Of a DNA stretch of 64,000 nucleotides, positions 40,846-53,696 are shown piece after piece. This DNA comes from a bacterium (lineage in GTDB: Bacteria; Krumholzibacteriota; Krumholzibacteriia; G020349025). Positions within the stretch are counted from its first letter, which is position 1; each line of letters starts with the position of its first letter. The stretch lies in NCBI GenBank assembly GCA_031362565.1, contig JANLSU010000014.1, positions 32,001 to 96,000 of the forward strand. Direction: 5' to 3'. The translations under genes were made by a program, and so were the position numbers. Under the pieces are notes generated by a model that made no database searches, had not been told where the DNA came from, and saw only the letters and a list, made by a program, of their open reading frames with translations.

Positions 40846-42398
40846 CGACGCCTGCAACCGCCCCGGCATTCGCATTCCGGCCCGGCGAGCGGGCGGCGCT
40901 CGACGAGCGCTTGCGGGAGCACGCCGAACTCTTGCGGCAACTCATCATCGCCATCGACGGCCCGGCGGCTTCCGGCAAGAGCACGACGGCGCGCGCCGTC
41001 GCGGCGCGTCTCGGCTTGTTTCATCTCGACACCGGAGCGATGTATCGGGCTCTGACGTTGCTCGCCGAGCGCCAGGGCATTGGCGCCGGCGACGAGCCCG
41101 CACTGGTCCGCTTGGCGGCGGCACACACCATTGCGCTCGAACCGGGCGCGGCGGCTGCCCGCGTTCTGGTGGACGGCGAAGACGTCAGCACCGCCATTCG
41201 CACCCCCGAGGTCACTGCCGCGGTGTCCGAGGTCGCTTCGCACCCCGAGGTGCGCCGGGCAATGGTGCGCCAACAGCGGGCCCTTGGCGCCCACGGTGGG
41301 GTGATCTTGGATGGCCGCGACATCGGCACCGTGGTCTTCCCCGATGCGAGCGTGAAAGTGTTTCTCGTCGCCGATGTCGCCACCCGGGCGGCGCGCCGGC
41401 AAGCCGAAGACGCCGCCCGCGGCGTGCGGCACGATCTCGCGGCGTTGAGTGCCGATCTCGAACGCCGCGACCGGGCCGATTCCACTCGCTCGGCTTCGCC
41501 GCTCGAACAAGCGCCGGACGCAGTGCGTCTCGATACGAGCCGCCTTCAACCCGCCGACCAAGTCGACGCGGTGCTCGCCCTTGCGGTGCGCCAGGTGCGC
41601 AACGAGCGTTTGGCCCCGAGCGGAACGATCGCCGCGGGACGCGTGCGGGTTCTCGAAGTCGATGCCGAGGCGAGCGCGCAGCCGGGTTACCGGCCGTTTC
41701 ACTCGTTCGTCTATTGGTTCTGCCACACGGCCATTCGCGTCCTAGCGCGTCTCGTGTTCGGGCTGCGGATTCATTTCCATCCGGCGGCGCGCTTGCGCGG
41801 CAGTGTGCTGGTGGCCGCCAATCACATCTCGGGCCTCGATCCGCCGCTGGTCGGGTCGTGCGTGCCCTTCGAGACGTGGTTCTTGGCCAAGGTGGAGTTG
41901 TTCAAGAACCCGGCGCTGGGGGCGCTCATCCATCGCTTCAACGGCATTCCGATCCGCCGCGGCACGGCCGACTTCGAAACCCTCGACCGGGCGGTAGAGG
42001 AACTGCGCAAGACACACAACGTGCTCATGTTCCCGGAAGGCACCCGCCACAAGCCGGGGACGCTGGGCGACCCCCGCTGGGGGTTTGGGTATGTGGCGCT
42101 GGCCGCCGGGCGGCCCATCGTGCCGCTTTTCGTGCGCGGTACCCGGGACGGGCGGCCGCGCGGCCTGCGGCGCGAGCCCATGGAGGTCTGGATCGGGCCG
42201 CCCTTCCGGCTCGAAGCCGTCGAAACCGCCGATCATGCCGCCTACAAGGAGGCGGCCCGGCTCGCCATGGACCGTATCGCGGCGATGATGCTGCGCTCGG
42301 CCGCCGCCCGCCCGCTCCGCGGCCTCGAATTGCCCGGCGCGTGGGCCGGGGCCCCCACCGAGCGCACCGAGTCCAATGCCGGCCCGGTGACCGCCTGA
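40842..42398 (+). CDS. cmk: Fusion of cytidylate kinase and 1-acyl-sn-glycerol-3-phosphate acyltransferase (Cmk-PlsC)
   Basis: IAIDGPAASGKST, DTGAMYR, DGRDIGTVVFP, RD..D..R..SPL; then in the same frame NHISGLD (HxxxxD), FLAK.ELF, FPEGTR. Confidence 0.9.
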   Translation: MTTPATAPAFAFRPGERAALDERLREHAELLRQLIIAIDGPAASGKSTTARAVAARLGLFHLDTGAMYRALTLLAERQGIGAGDEPALVRLAAAHTIALEPGAAAARVLVDGEDVSTAIRTPEVTAAVSEVASHPEVRRAMVRQQRALGAHGGVILDGRDIGTVVFPDASVKVFLVADVATRAARRQAEDAARGVRHDLAALSADLERRDRADSTRSASPLEQAPDAVRLDTSRLQPADQVDAVLALAVRQVRNERLAPSGTIAAGRVRVLEVDAEASAQPGYRPFHSFVYWFCHTAIRVLARLVFGLRIHFHPAARLRGSVLVAANHISGLDPPLVGSCVPFETWFLAKVELFKNPALGALIHRFNGIPIRRGTADFETLDRAVEELRKTHNVLMFPEGTRHKPGTLGDPRWGFGYVALAAGRPIVPLFVRGTRDGRPRGLRREPMEVWIGPPFRLEAVETADHAAYKEAARLAMDRIAAMMLRSAAARPLRGLELPGAWAGAPTERTESNAGPVTA

Positions 42399-42433
42399 GC
42401 CAAGGCGTCTGCATCTCCAATTGCCCAGGACCC

Positions 42434-42463
42434 TTGCCCCGCTGGGCCCAATGCTGGTACCGT
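42434..42463 (+). promoter_or_regulatory. Possible sigma-70 promoter of rpsA
   Basis: TTGCCC (42434-42439), 18 nt, TACCGT (42458-42463), with extended TG. Confidence 0.4.
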
Positions 42464-42518
42464 GCTTCGGTTCAGCCCCTCAATGGGGCCATTCGTTCGA
42501 TTGGGAGGAGATCGCTGC

Positions 42519-44540
<2,022 letters not shown>

Positions 44541-44563
44541 GTCGAAGTTGGAGCGATGTGAGG

Positions 44564-44595
44564 CGAGGGGTGGGCGCAGACGCGTCCACCCCTCG
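44564..44595 (+). other. Strong 14-bp hairpin between rpsA and lapA
   Basis: CGAGGGGTGGGCGC / GCGTCCACCCCTCG (one G-U pair), 4-nt loop, no U-tract; could be a terminator or an mRNA stabiliser. Confidence 0.5.
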
Positions 44596-44621
44596 TCACG
44601 ACCGGGCTGGGAGGTGCGGCC

Positions 44622-44954
44622 ATGTGGCTGCTCAGGAGCATCCTCGCGTTCTTGGGCCTTGGCGCCGTCATGGTGTTCGCGATTTCGAACGTCGATCAGC
44701 GCGTCGACGTCGTCGTCTTCACTCGCACCTACCATGACGTCTACTTGAACCTGGTCTTGCTCTGTGCCGCACTGGCCGGAGCGGCGATCTGTTTTGCGGT
44801 GATGATCGTCCGGGAGTTCGCGCTGCGCACCGTTCTGCGGCGGGTCAGGCGCGAGAACGTCCGCTTGGACGATGAACTCGTGGCGTTGCGCAATTTGCCG
44901 CTGAGCGGCGTGCTGCCGGCGGCGCGGGCCCAAAGGCCGTCCCCAAACCGCTGA
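44622..44954 (+). CDS. lapA: LPS assembly protein A-like (DUF1049)
   Basis: Two TM segments, FA..N...V motif, C-terminal coiled coil ending ELVALRNLPL; lies after rpsA. Confidence 0.75.
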   Translation: MWLLRSILAFLGLGAVMVFAISNVDQRVDVVVFTRTYHDVYLNLVLLCAALAGAAICFAVMIVREFALRTVLRRVRRENVRLDDELVALRNLPLSGVLPAARAQRPSPNR

Positions 44955-44967
44955 GGGCAACCGATCC

Positions 44968-46107
44968 GTGGATGCGAGTTCCTTTCTTTTCGGCACCGGG
45001 CTGATCGCGAGCGCGGGGGTCGTCTTGTATGCGGTGAGCCGCGGCGATTCGCGCCCGGCAGCGTCCCCCGACCACTACCGCGTCGCCATCGGCCACTTGG
45101 GCGCCAACGATCTGGATGCGGCGCTGGAGAGCCTGCGGCGCACCGTGCAATCGCCGCACGCACCGCCCGACGCCTACATCAAACTCGGCAATCTGCTGCG
45201 GGCGCGCGGCGATGCGCCGGCAGCCCTGCAAGTGCATCGCAGTCTGACGGTGCGGCGCGATTTGAATCCGCACGAGCGCGAAGCAACGCTCAGGGCGCTG
45301 GCGGACGACCACCGGGCACTCGGCCAGCACGCCGAAACGCTGGCCGCGCTGCAACAATTGGCGGCGATGCGGCGCGATGCGGACGTGCTGACGGAATTGG
45401 CGCGCGAGCTCTTGCTCCAAGACCAGTACGACGAGGCGGCAACCACGATCCGCGAAGCGGCGCGCGTCGCAACCGGGATCGGCCGCAGCGAAATCGCCGC
45501 GTTCCTGGCGGCGGCCGCCGCCCAGTGCCTGCGCCAAGGCCAGGCGCCGGATGCCAAGCGCCTCTTGCAACAGTCCCTCAAGGAGGACGACGCCTGTCCG
45601 CGAGCGCTGGCGCAACTCGGCGATATCGCGATGGCCGAAGGCGACCACGAGAGCGCGCTGTACTACTGGCAGAAACTGGTGTTCGCGGGAACGTCGGCAT
45701 CGGCCGGCGCGCACGAGAAACTCGAACGGGTGTACTTCGAACTCGGCAAGTTTAGCGATATCGAACGGGTCTATGCCCAGATCCTGGAGAGCCGGCCGCG
45801 CGATCTCGAGACCTTGCACGCGGCGGCGCGGATCGCCCTCAAGAAGGGCGAAGCCGAGGACGCCGAGCGCCTGCTGCGCCGGGCTCTCGACGCGAATCCG
45901 GCCTCGCACACGGCATTCTATCTGCTCGCCGGGCTCTGGCTGGACGAGGGCAAGACGCGCGACCTCCGCGAACTCTTGGCGGAACACGCCGCCCAAGACA
46001 AACCCGAGAACGCCTTCGTGTGCCCGCAATGCGGCCAGCAGGCCGACATCCAGCCGGGGTACTGCATCGGGTGTGGGCACTTCGGTGAATATCGAGCTGC
46101 ATCATGA
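44968..46107 (+). CDS. lapB: LPS assembly protein B-like (TM, TPR, rubredoxin-type domain)
   Basis: N-terminal TM; LGNLLR.RG...A..VH..L; TPRs; C-terminal CPQCG..CIGCG. Confidence 0.8.
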   Translation: MDASSFLFGTGLIASAGVVLYAVSRGDSRPAASPDHYRVAIGHLGANDLDAALESLRRTVQSPHAPPDAYIKLGNLLRARGDAPAALQVHRSLTVRRDLNPHEREATLRALADDHRALGQHAETLAALQQLAAMRRDADVLTELARELLLQDQYDEAATTIREAARVATGIGRSEIAAFLAAAAAQCLRQGQAPDAKRLLQQSLKEDDACPRALAQLGDIAMAEGDHESALYYWQKLVFAGTSASAGAHEKLERVYFELGKFSDIERVYAQILESRPRDLETLHAAARIALKKGEAEDAERLLRRALDANPASHTAFYLLAGLWLDEGKTRDLRELLAEHAAQDKPENAFVCPQCGQQADIQPGYCIGCGHFGEYRAAS

Positions 46108-48728
46108 GCGTCGCGGACGGTGCCCGCCTCACCCCCATGATGGCCCAGTACTGGGACGTCAAGAAAGCCCACCGCGAAGCGATCGTCTTGTTCCGCATGG
46201 GCGACTTTTACGAGACCTTCCATGACGATGCCAAGATTGCGTCGCGCGTTCTCGGTGTCGCGCTCACCACCCGCGATCGCAACAGCGATCATCCAACACC
46301 GCTCGCGGGCGTGCCGTTTCATAGCATCGATACCTATGTCGCGCGCCTCTTACGCGCCGGCTACAAAGTCGCGATCTGTGAGCAGATCGAGGACCCGGCG
46401 CTCGCAAAGGGGCTCGTCAAGCGCGCCGTCACCGAGGTACTGACGCCCGGCACAGCCTCGGTGCCGGCGCTCTTGCCCGAACGCGACGCCCACTACGCCC
46501 TCTGCTTGGCGGCCCGCGGCGACGAAACCGCGGCGGCCCCGATCGGCTTCGCATTCCTCGATTTTTCGACCGGCGAGTTTGGACTCGGCGAACGCCGCGC
46601 CGCAGAAGCCTGCGACATTGTGGCCCGCTACGCGCCGGGCGAATTGTTCCTGCCGCGCGCCTGTCTGGCGACGCCGCTCGAATTGGAGCTGCGGCGCCGC
46701 TTCGAGACATTGCCGATTTCGTTCCTGGACGATGCCTCGTTCACAACTCGCATCGCCACCGACGCGCTCACGAAGCATTTTGGCGTGTTGACGCTCGAAG
46801 GCTTAGGCATGGCCGACCTGCCGCAGGGGATCGCCGCCGGCGGCGCCTTGCTCGACACCGGGACCCGCCTCAAACAGGCGCGCTTGCAAGCGGTGACACG
46901 CGTCCAGATCGTGCGCGAGGCCGACGAGTTGGTGCTCGACGACGACACCCTCGCCAATCTGGAGATTTTCCGGCCGCTCCGCGGCCAGGATCCCGGCGTG
47001 ACGCTCGTGCACCACCTGGACGCTTGCCAAACCGCCATGGGGTCGCGGTTGCTGCGGACGTGGTTGCGCGGTCCGGCCCGCCGCCCGGAAGTTGCGAGCG
47101 CCCGCCATGCAGCGGTCGAGTGGTTGGTGGAACAACCCGAAACGCTCGAGGTGCTGCGCACGAAGCTGGCGGGGATCGGCGATATGGAGCGCTTGCTGGG
47201 GCGGATCGCCGCCGATCGCGCCACGCCACGCGACTTGCAGGCATTTGCGGAAAGTTGTGAACGGCTGCCCGAGGTGGCGCTGGCCCTCACGCCGGCGACG
47301 GCGCCGCTCCTCCTGGAGTTGCACGGCGGGCTCGATCCGCTCTCTGACCTGGCCGAGTTCATTCGCACCACCCTCGTCGAAGATCCGCCGGCGCACTTGC
47401 GCGACGGTGGGGTGATTCGCAATGGGGCTTCGAGCGAACTCGATGAGTTGCTCGCGGGGACGCGCGAAGCACGGGAGTGGATCGCGAGTTTGCAGGAGTC
47501 CGAACGCCGCGCCACCGGCATCGCCAAGCTCAAGGTCGGCTACAACAAGATCTTCGGCTACTACCTCGAAGTGCCGCGCGGCCAGGCGGAGCGCGTACCG
47601 GCCCACTACATCGGCAAGCAGACACTGGTGAACGCGCAGCGCTTCATCACGCCCGAGATGAAGGAGCGGGAGCAGCTCGTCCTGCGCGCCGAGACGGAGC
47701 GCGTCCGGATCGAAACCGAGATCTTCGCGGCACTCCGGCAACGCCTCGCGGCGCATGCGGAACGGGTGCGGCAAACGACCACCTCGCTCGCCGGCCTCGA
47801 CGTTCTGGCGTCGTTCGCGTCGGTGGCGCGCAAGCGCGATTACGTGCGGCCGCGATTGACCGGCGGCGACCGGATCTTCATCCGCGACGGCCGGCACCCG
47901 GTCGTGGAACTCTTGCTGGACGCGGCTTTCGTGCCCAACGATGTCGATCTGTCGACGTCCGGCGCGCAGATCCTGCTCATCACCGGCCCCAACATGGGCG
48001 GCAAGTCGACGTACCTGCGCCAGGTCGCGCTCATCGTGCTGCTGGCGTATGCCGGCTCGTTCGTGCCGGCGCGCGAAGCGGAAATCGGCGCCGTGGATCG
48101 CATCTTTACCCGCGTCGGAGCCTCCGACAATCTGGCGCGCGGCCAGAGCACGTTCCTCGTCGAAATGACCGAAACGGCCAAGATTCTCAACACCGCCACG
48201 AGCCAGAGTCTCGTGGTGCTCGACGAAGTCGGACGCGGAACGAGTACCCACGACGGCATGAGCCTGGCCTGGGCGGTGCTCGAATACCTGCACGACCGCG
48301 GTCCGGCGCGGCCACGAACGTTGTTCGCGACGCACTATCACGAGCTCACGGTGCTCGAGGAGTCGCTGACGCGGCTGCGCAATCAAACCGTCGAAATCAA
48401 AGAAATGCAGGACGACATTTTGTTCCTGCACCGCATCCGGCCGGGGCGCGCCGACAAGAGTTACGGAATTCAGGTCGCCAAGCTGGCGGGACTGCCGGCG
48501 GCGGTCATCGAACGGGCCCGTGAAATCCTCGCCGAACACGAGCGGATGGAGGAAGCACTCGGCCATCACGCACCGGCGACACTGCCAAAGGAGCCGCCAC
48601 CGCGCCAACTCGACTTGTTCGCGGCAGGCGAGCGCCGGGTCGCGGAACGGCTGCGGCAGATCGAACCCGGATCGTTGAGCGCGGCGGCGGCGCTCGATCT
48701 GCTGCGCGAGCTGCGCGGCCTGGTCTGA
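46104..48728 (+). CDS. mutS: DNA mismatch repair protein MutS
   Basis: TPMMAQY, FRMGDFYE, ITGPNMGGKSTYLRQ, DRIFTRVGASD, STFLVEM, DEVGRGTST, FATHYHEL. Confidence 0.98.
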   Translation: MSVADGARLTPMMAQYWDVKKAHREAIVLFRMGDFYETFHDDAKIASRVLGVALTTRDRNSDHPTPLAGVPFHSIDTYVARLLRAGYKVAICEQIEDPALAKGLVKRAVTEVLTPGTASVPALLPERDAHYALCLAARGDETAAAPIGFAFLDFSTGEFGLGERRAAEACDIVARYAPGELFLPRACLATPLELELRRRFETLPISFLDDASFTTRIATDALTKHFGVLTLEGLGMADLPQGIAAGGALLDTGTRLKQARLQAVTRVQIVREADELVLDDDTLANLEIFRPLRGQDPGVTLVHHLDACQTAMGSRLLRTWLRGPARRPEVASARHAAVEWLVEQPETLEVLRTKLAGIGDMERLLGRIAADRATPRDLQAFAESCERLPEVALALTPATAPLLLELHGGLDPLSDLAEFIRTTLVEDPPAHLRDGGVIRNGASSELDELLAGTREAREWIASLQESERRATGIAKLKVGYNKIFGYYLEVPRGQAERVPAHYIGKQTLVNAQRFITPEMKEREQLVLRAETERVRIETEIFAALRQRLAAHAERVRQTTTSLAGLDVLASFASVARKRDYVRPRLTGGDRIFIRDGRHPVVELLLDAAFVPNDVDLSTSGAQILLITGPNMGGKSTYLRQVALIVLLAYAGSFVPAREAEIGAVDRIFTRVGASDNLARGQSTFLVEMTETAKILNTATSQSLVVLDEVGRGTSTHDGMSLAWAVLEYLHDRGPARPRTLFATHYHELTVLEESLTRLRNQTVEIKEMQDDILFLHRIRPGRADKSYGIQVAKLAGLPAAVIERAREILAEHERMEEALGHHAPATLPKEPPPRQLDLFAAGERRVAERLRQIEPGSLSAAAALDLLRELRGLV

Positions 48729-48900
48729 CCTCGAACGGCCCCTGGGCGGCGAGTTTTCGTCCCTCGCGGTGACGCCGATCCGCGACACCTCCAGACGCGC
48801 CTCGAATCAACCCGAAATGAAACCCGCAACCACGCCCGGATCCAAGTGTCCACGGCATGGCATTGGGCGCTCCAGACGAACCGGTCTGTAATGATGCATC

Positions 48901-48917
48901 CTGGCGCATGGTTTGCT
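48901..48917 (+). promoter_or_regulatory. Sigma-54 (-24/-12) promoter
   Basis: CTGGCGCATGGTTTGCT: GG-N10-GC with TGGC and TTGC flanks, close to YTGGCACGNNNNTTGCW. Confidence 0.6.
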
Positions 48918-48973
48918 GCACCGTATGGCACGCGGAGCATCCTGCTATTGCCGCGCCCACGAGGAGTTCGCCG

Positions 48974-51316
48974 GTGCCGGAACTCGAACGCAAACCGCGC
49001 ATCGCGCTCCTGGGAGCGGGGCCGCGCGAAGTCGAACTGCTGACCGAGCTGCGCGCTGCGGGGCGCGTCGATGTGGCCGGCGTGTACGACTCGGATTCGC
49101 ATGCTCTGGGGCTCGACGTCGCCTCCGTGCTCGGTCTCATTGCGGCGCACACCGTCGAAGATCTCGAACGCCTGCGCGGCACCGACTGCATCATTCTGCC
49201 ACACGACCCCGAATCGCTGGCGCCCGCCGTCCGCTGGGCGGCAGGCACCGAAGCCGAGCTCGTCACACCGGCTGCCGCCCGCACCCGATGGACCCATACG
49301 GATCCGGAGAGCGCCGACGTCGCGGCCCCGGGACTCGCAACGGCCGCCGGCCGCGGACTCGTGGAGGCGGTCGATTGGAGCCAACGGCTTCAGGATCGCA
49401 ACGAGCTGGCGAGCTGGCTCTTGGAGCTGGCGCTGCAGGCCGTCGGCGCCGACGGCGGTTCGATTCAAATGCTCGCGCCTGACACGTCCGAGCTCTATAT
49501 GGTCGCCGCGCGCGGCCTCTCGGAGCGTCTCGTGCGCCTCGGCCGCCACCGCGTCGGCGAAGGCATCTCGGGAACCGTCGCTGCGACGCGCATTGCGTCG
49601 ACGCTTTCCGGACCGAAGCCCGGTCGCATGACGCGCGAACGCGGCGCCGTCATGGCTTCAATCAGCCTGCCGCTCGAATACGAGAGCCGGCTCGTCGGCG
49701 TTCTCAACGTTTCGTCGACCGTCGAGAGCCGGCAGTTCGGCCCGCAGCATGCGGCGACGCTCACCGGCCTCGCGCCGCGCATCGCGCGATTGCTGCACGA
49801 AGCGACGCGGCTCGAGTCACAACCCTACCGGCTCGACCTGCCGCGCTTCGCGCGTGCAGCCCCCGCCGGTGACCTGCGAATCCGCATGCGGGCGCTCAGT
49901 GAACATGTCCGGCGTGGGTTCGATGCGGAGCGCGCCGCGCTGTTCTTCACCACCGAGGCGGGGGACTGGATCGCGATCGCGTCCGCGACTCGGAACGGCG
50001 AGGCGGCGCGCGGCGGCCATGTGCGGCGCGATCTGCTGACTCGTGCCCTCCTGGACGAGGAGTGGCTGCACGCTCGCGACACGAGCGTACCGCCGGAGAA
50101 CAGCACCAACCCCGATGCCGTGACGCGGGCCGTCGAACAAGCGCTCGGCGCGGCGGTATCGGTCGTCTACGCGCCACTCGCCGGACTCGTGCCGATCGGC
50201 GTGTTGGTGCTCGAGTTTGTATCGCTCGCGGCTGCCGAGTCCTGCGTTCGGCACGGTTTCGAACCGGTGCAGCAGCTGGCACTGTATTGCGATGCGGAAA
50301 CGCGCGCCGCGCACGCCACCCACCGGATGCGAGTGCTCGCACGCCTGGCGCGGTCGCACCCGCGCATCGTCGCGCTGCGCGACAGCCCGCAGGCCGATGA
50401 ACTCTTGGCGTCCGAGGCGGCCCGCTTGGTGGGCGCGCACGCGGCCATCGTCCGCCGGGTGAGTGAAACGAGCCGCACGTACTCCCGGCCTGCCGTGCAC
50501 GGGTTGCCGGAACCCTTGCCCGAACAGTGGCGGGCGCTCGACGCACGCGTCACCGAGAAGACGCTGCAAGGCCGGCACGCGGTGCTCACAACCGCCACCC
50601 AGGAGAGCGATGGGGTGCCCGAAGCCGAGCCGGCGCGCACTTCGCGGGTCTCGGTGCCGGTCGTTCAAGCGAACGAATTGGTGGCCGTGATCAACGTCTA
50701 CGACAAGGAATGGAACGATCCGCTCGATCCCGGCGCCTTCACGGAATTCGATCGCGAGGCACTGCAGAGTTTGGCAACGGTTGCGGCAACGCTGTTCGAT
50801 GCCGGCGACTCACAGGTTGCAGCGCCGCCGGCACGGGCGGTGCCGGCGGCCGTGATGCCACAAACGAACGGCGCGGCGGTACAAACGGTGGCGGCACCGG
50901 CCGCTATTGCGGCACCCGCCGGCGCCACGGCTCTGCTCGACACGGTGATCGCGGACACGTTGGCGAAACGCGGCGGCCTCGCGCTCTGGCTGTGCCGGCT
51001 CCCAGGACTCGTCCCCGGGCCAGGCGAGGGGCCGGAGATTCGTGCCGCGCTGGCGAGTGCGCTGCGGAGCGGCCTGCGCCCCAGCGATCGTGTCGCGTGG
51101 TACGACCCCGAAAACCTCGTCATCGTGACCCCCGGCTCGATTCCCACGGGGGTGCCGTTCGAGGCCCGCTTGCTGCGGCTCTTGCGCCCGCAACTCGCCC
51201 GCCTCGCCGCGAGTTCGTTGCAACCGTTCGAAGTGTGGATCGGAACAGCCGCGGCACCGGAGGACGGCACCGATGCCGCAACGCTCTTGAATGTCGCGAT
51301 CGAGCGCTCCGGCTAA
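48974..51316 (+). CDS. Rossmann-like + multi-GAF + degenerate GGDEF signalling protein
   Basis: GAGGAG RBS at 48961; IALLGAG; GAF motifs (ADGGSI.ML, VGEGISG.VA, SLPL...LVGVLNV; VSVPV...VAVINVYDK..FTEFD); C-terminal LRPSDRVAWYDPENL. Confidence 0.75.
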   Translation: MPELERKPRIALLGAGPREVELLTELRAAGRVDVAGVYDSDSHALGLDVASVLGLIAAHTVEDLERLRGTDCIILPHDPESLAPAVRWAAGTEAELVTPAAARTRWTHTDPESADVAAPGLATAAGRGLVEAVDWSQRLQDRNELASWLLELALQAVGADGGSIQMLAPDTSELYMVAARGLSERLVRLGRHRVGEGISGTVAATRIASTLSGPKPGRMTRERGAVMASISLPLEYESRLVGVLNVSSTVESRQFGPQHAATLTGLAPRIARLLHEATRLESQPYRLDLPRFARAAPAGDLRIRMRALSEHVRRGFDAERAALFFTTEAGDWIAIASATRNGEAARGGHVRRDLLTRALLDEEWLHARDTSVPPENSTNPDAVTRAVEQALGAAVSVVYAPLAGLVPIGVLVLEFVSLAAAESCVRHGFEPVQQLALYCDAETRAAHATHRMRVLARLARSHPRIVALRDSPQADELLASEAARLVGAHAAIVRRVSETSRTYSRPAVHGLPEPLPEQWRALDARVTEKTLQGRHAVLTTATQESDGVPEAEPARTSRVSVPVVQANELVAVINVYDKEWNDPLDPGAFTEFDREALQSLATVAATLFDAGDSQVAAPPARAVPAAVMPQTNGAAVQTVAAPAAIAAPAGATALLDTVIADTLAKRGGLALWLCRLPGLVPGPGEGPEIRAALASALRSGLRPSDRVAWYDPENLVIVTPGSIPTGVPFEARLLRLLRPQLARLAASSLQPFEVWIGTAAAPEDGTDAATLLNVAIERSG

Positions 51317-51343
51317 ACGCCGCAGCCGTTCCGTAACCACAAC

Positions 51344-51568
51344 CTATTCCGGCTCGAGATCCTCCGGAGGCGTTTCCGGAAGATGCAACACGTCGGCGCA
51401 GTACGCCGAGAGCGACGGACAACCGGCCTCGAGATGCAGCCCGCGCGCCTTGAACTCAGCCAGATGCGCGCCCAGCGCCGCCTTCGCGGCGCGCTCCGAC
51501 TTTGCAAGACCCTGCATCCGGGCGAGCATTTCGGCATCGGAAAGACTGGACGGAGATTTTCGGTTCAT
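51344..51568 (-). pseudogene. 74-aa ORF resembling the N-terminus of DUF222/HNH-endonuclease-associated proteins; probably truncated
   Basis: AGGAGG RBS; LSDAEML...L...ER......AHLAEF.AR.L....GC.SL.AYC...L.L.E, followed by an early stop. Confidence 0.55.
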
Positions 51569-51777
51569 CGCCTGCCTCCTTGACTCGTTCGACCCGAGCG
51601 CTCGACGGCGCCCGGGGTTCGGGGCCGAATGTAAGCTTCGCAATCGACGGGCCGCGACTCCGTTGCGCGCCAGGAACGGGCCTACGGGCGGTTTTTCCCG
51701 AAATGGCCGCACACCGTTCATCCACTGCCGACACGCCAGGCTGTCAATGGCGTGGACATCGACGCCGAGCGAGCCGC

Positions 51778-51798
51778 TTTTCCACAACGTTTTCCACA
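51778..51798 (+). promoter_or_regulatory. Two tandem DnaA boxes upstream of mutL
   Basis: TTTTCCACA at 51778-51786 and 51790-51798; both match TTWTNCACA. Confidence 0.6.
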
Positions 51799-51863
51799 GG
51801 CGCGCCGGGCCGGCATGCGGGACGCCTTGGGATGATCGCGCGGCTTGTGCTACTTTGTGAGAT

Positions 51864-53692
<1,829 letters not shown>

Positions 53693-53696
<4 letters not shown>

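Noticed and set aside
48926..48945. Second sigma-54 site (TGGCACG...)
   Set aside because: There is no GC at the required GG-N10-GC spacing.
51569..51863. oriC
   Set aside because: Only two good DnaA boxes, no AT-rich unwinding element, and no dnaA or dnaN nearby.
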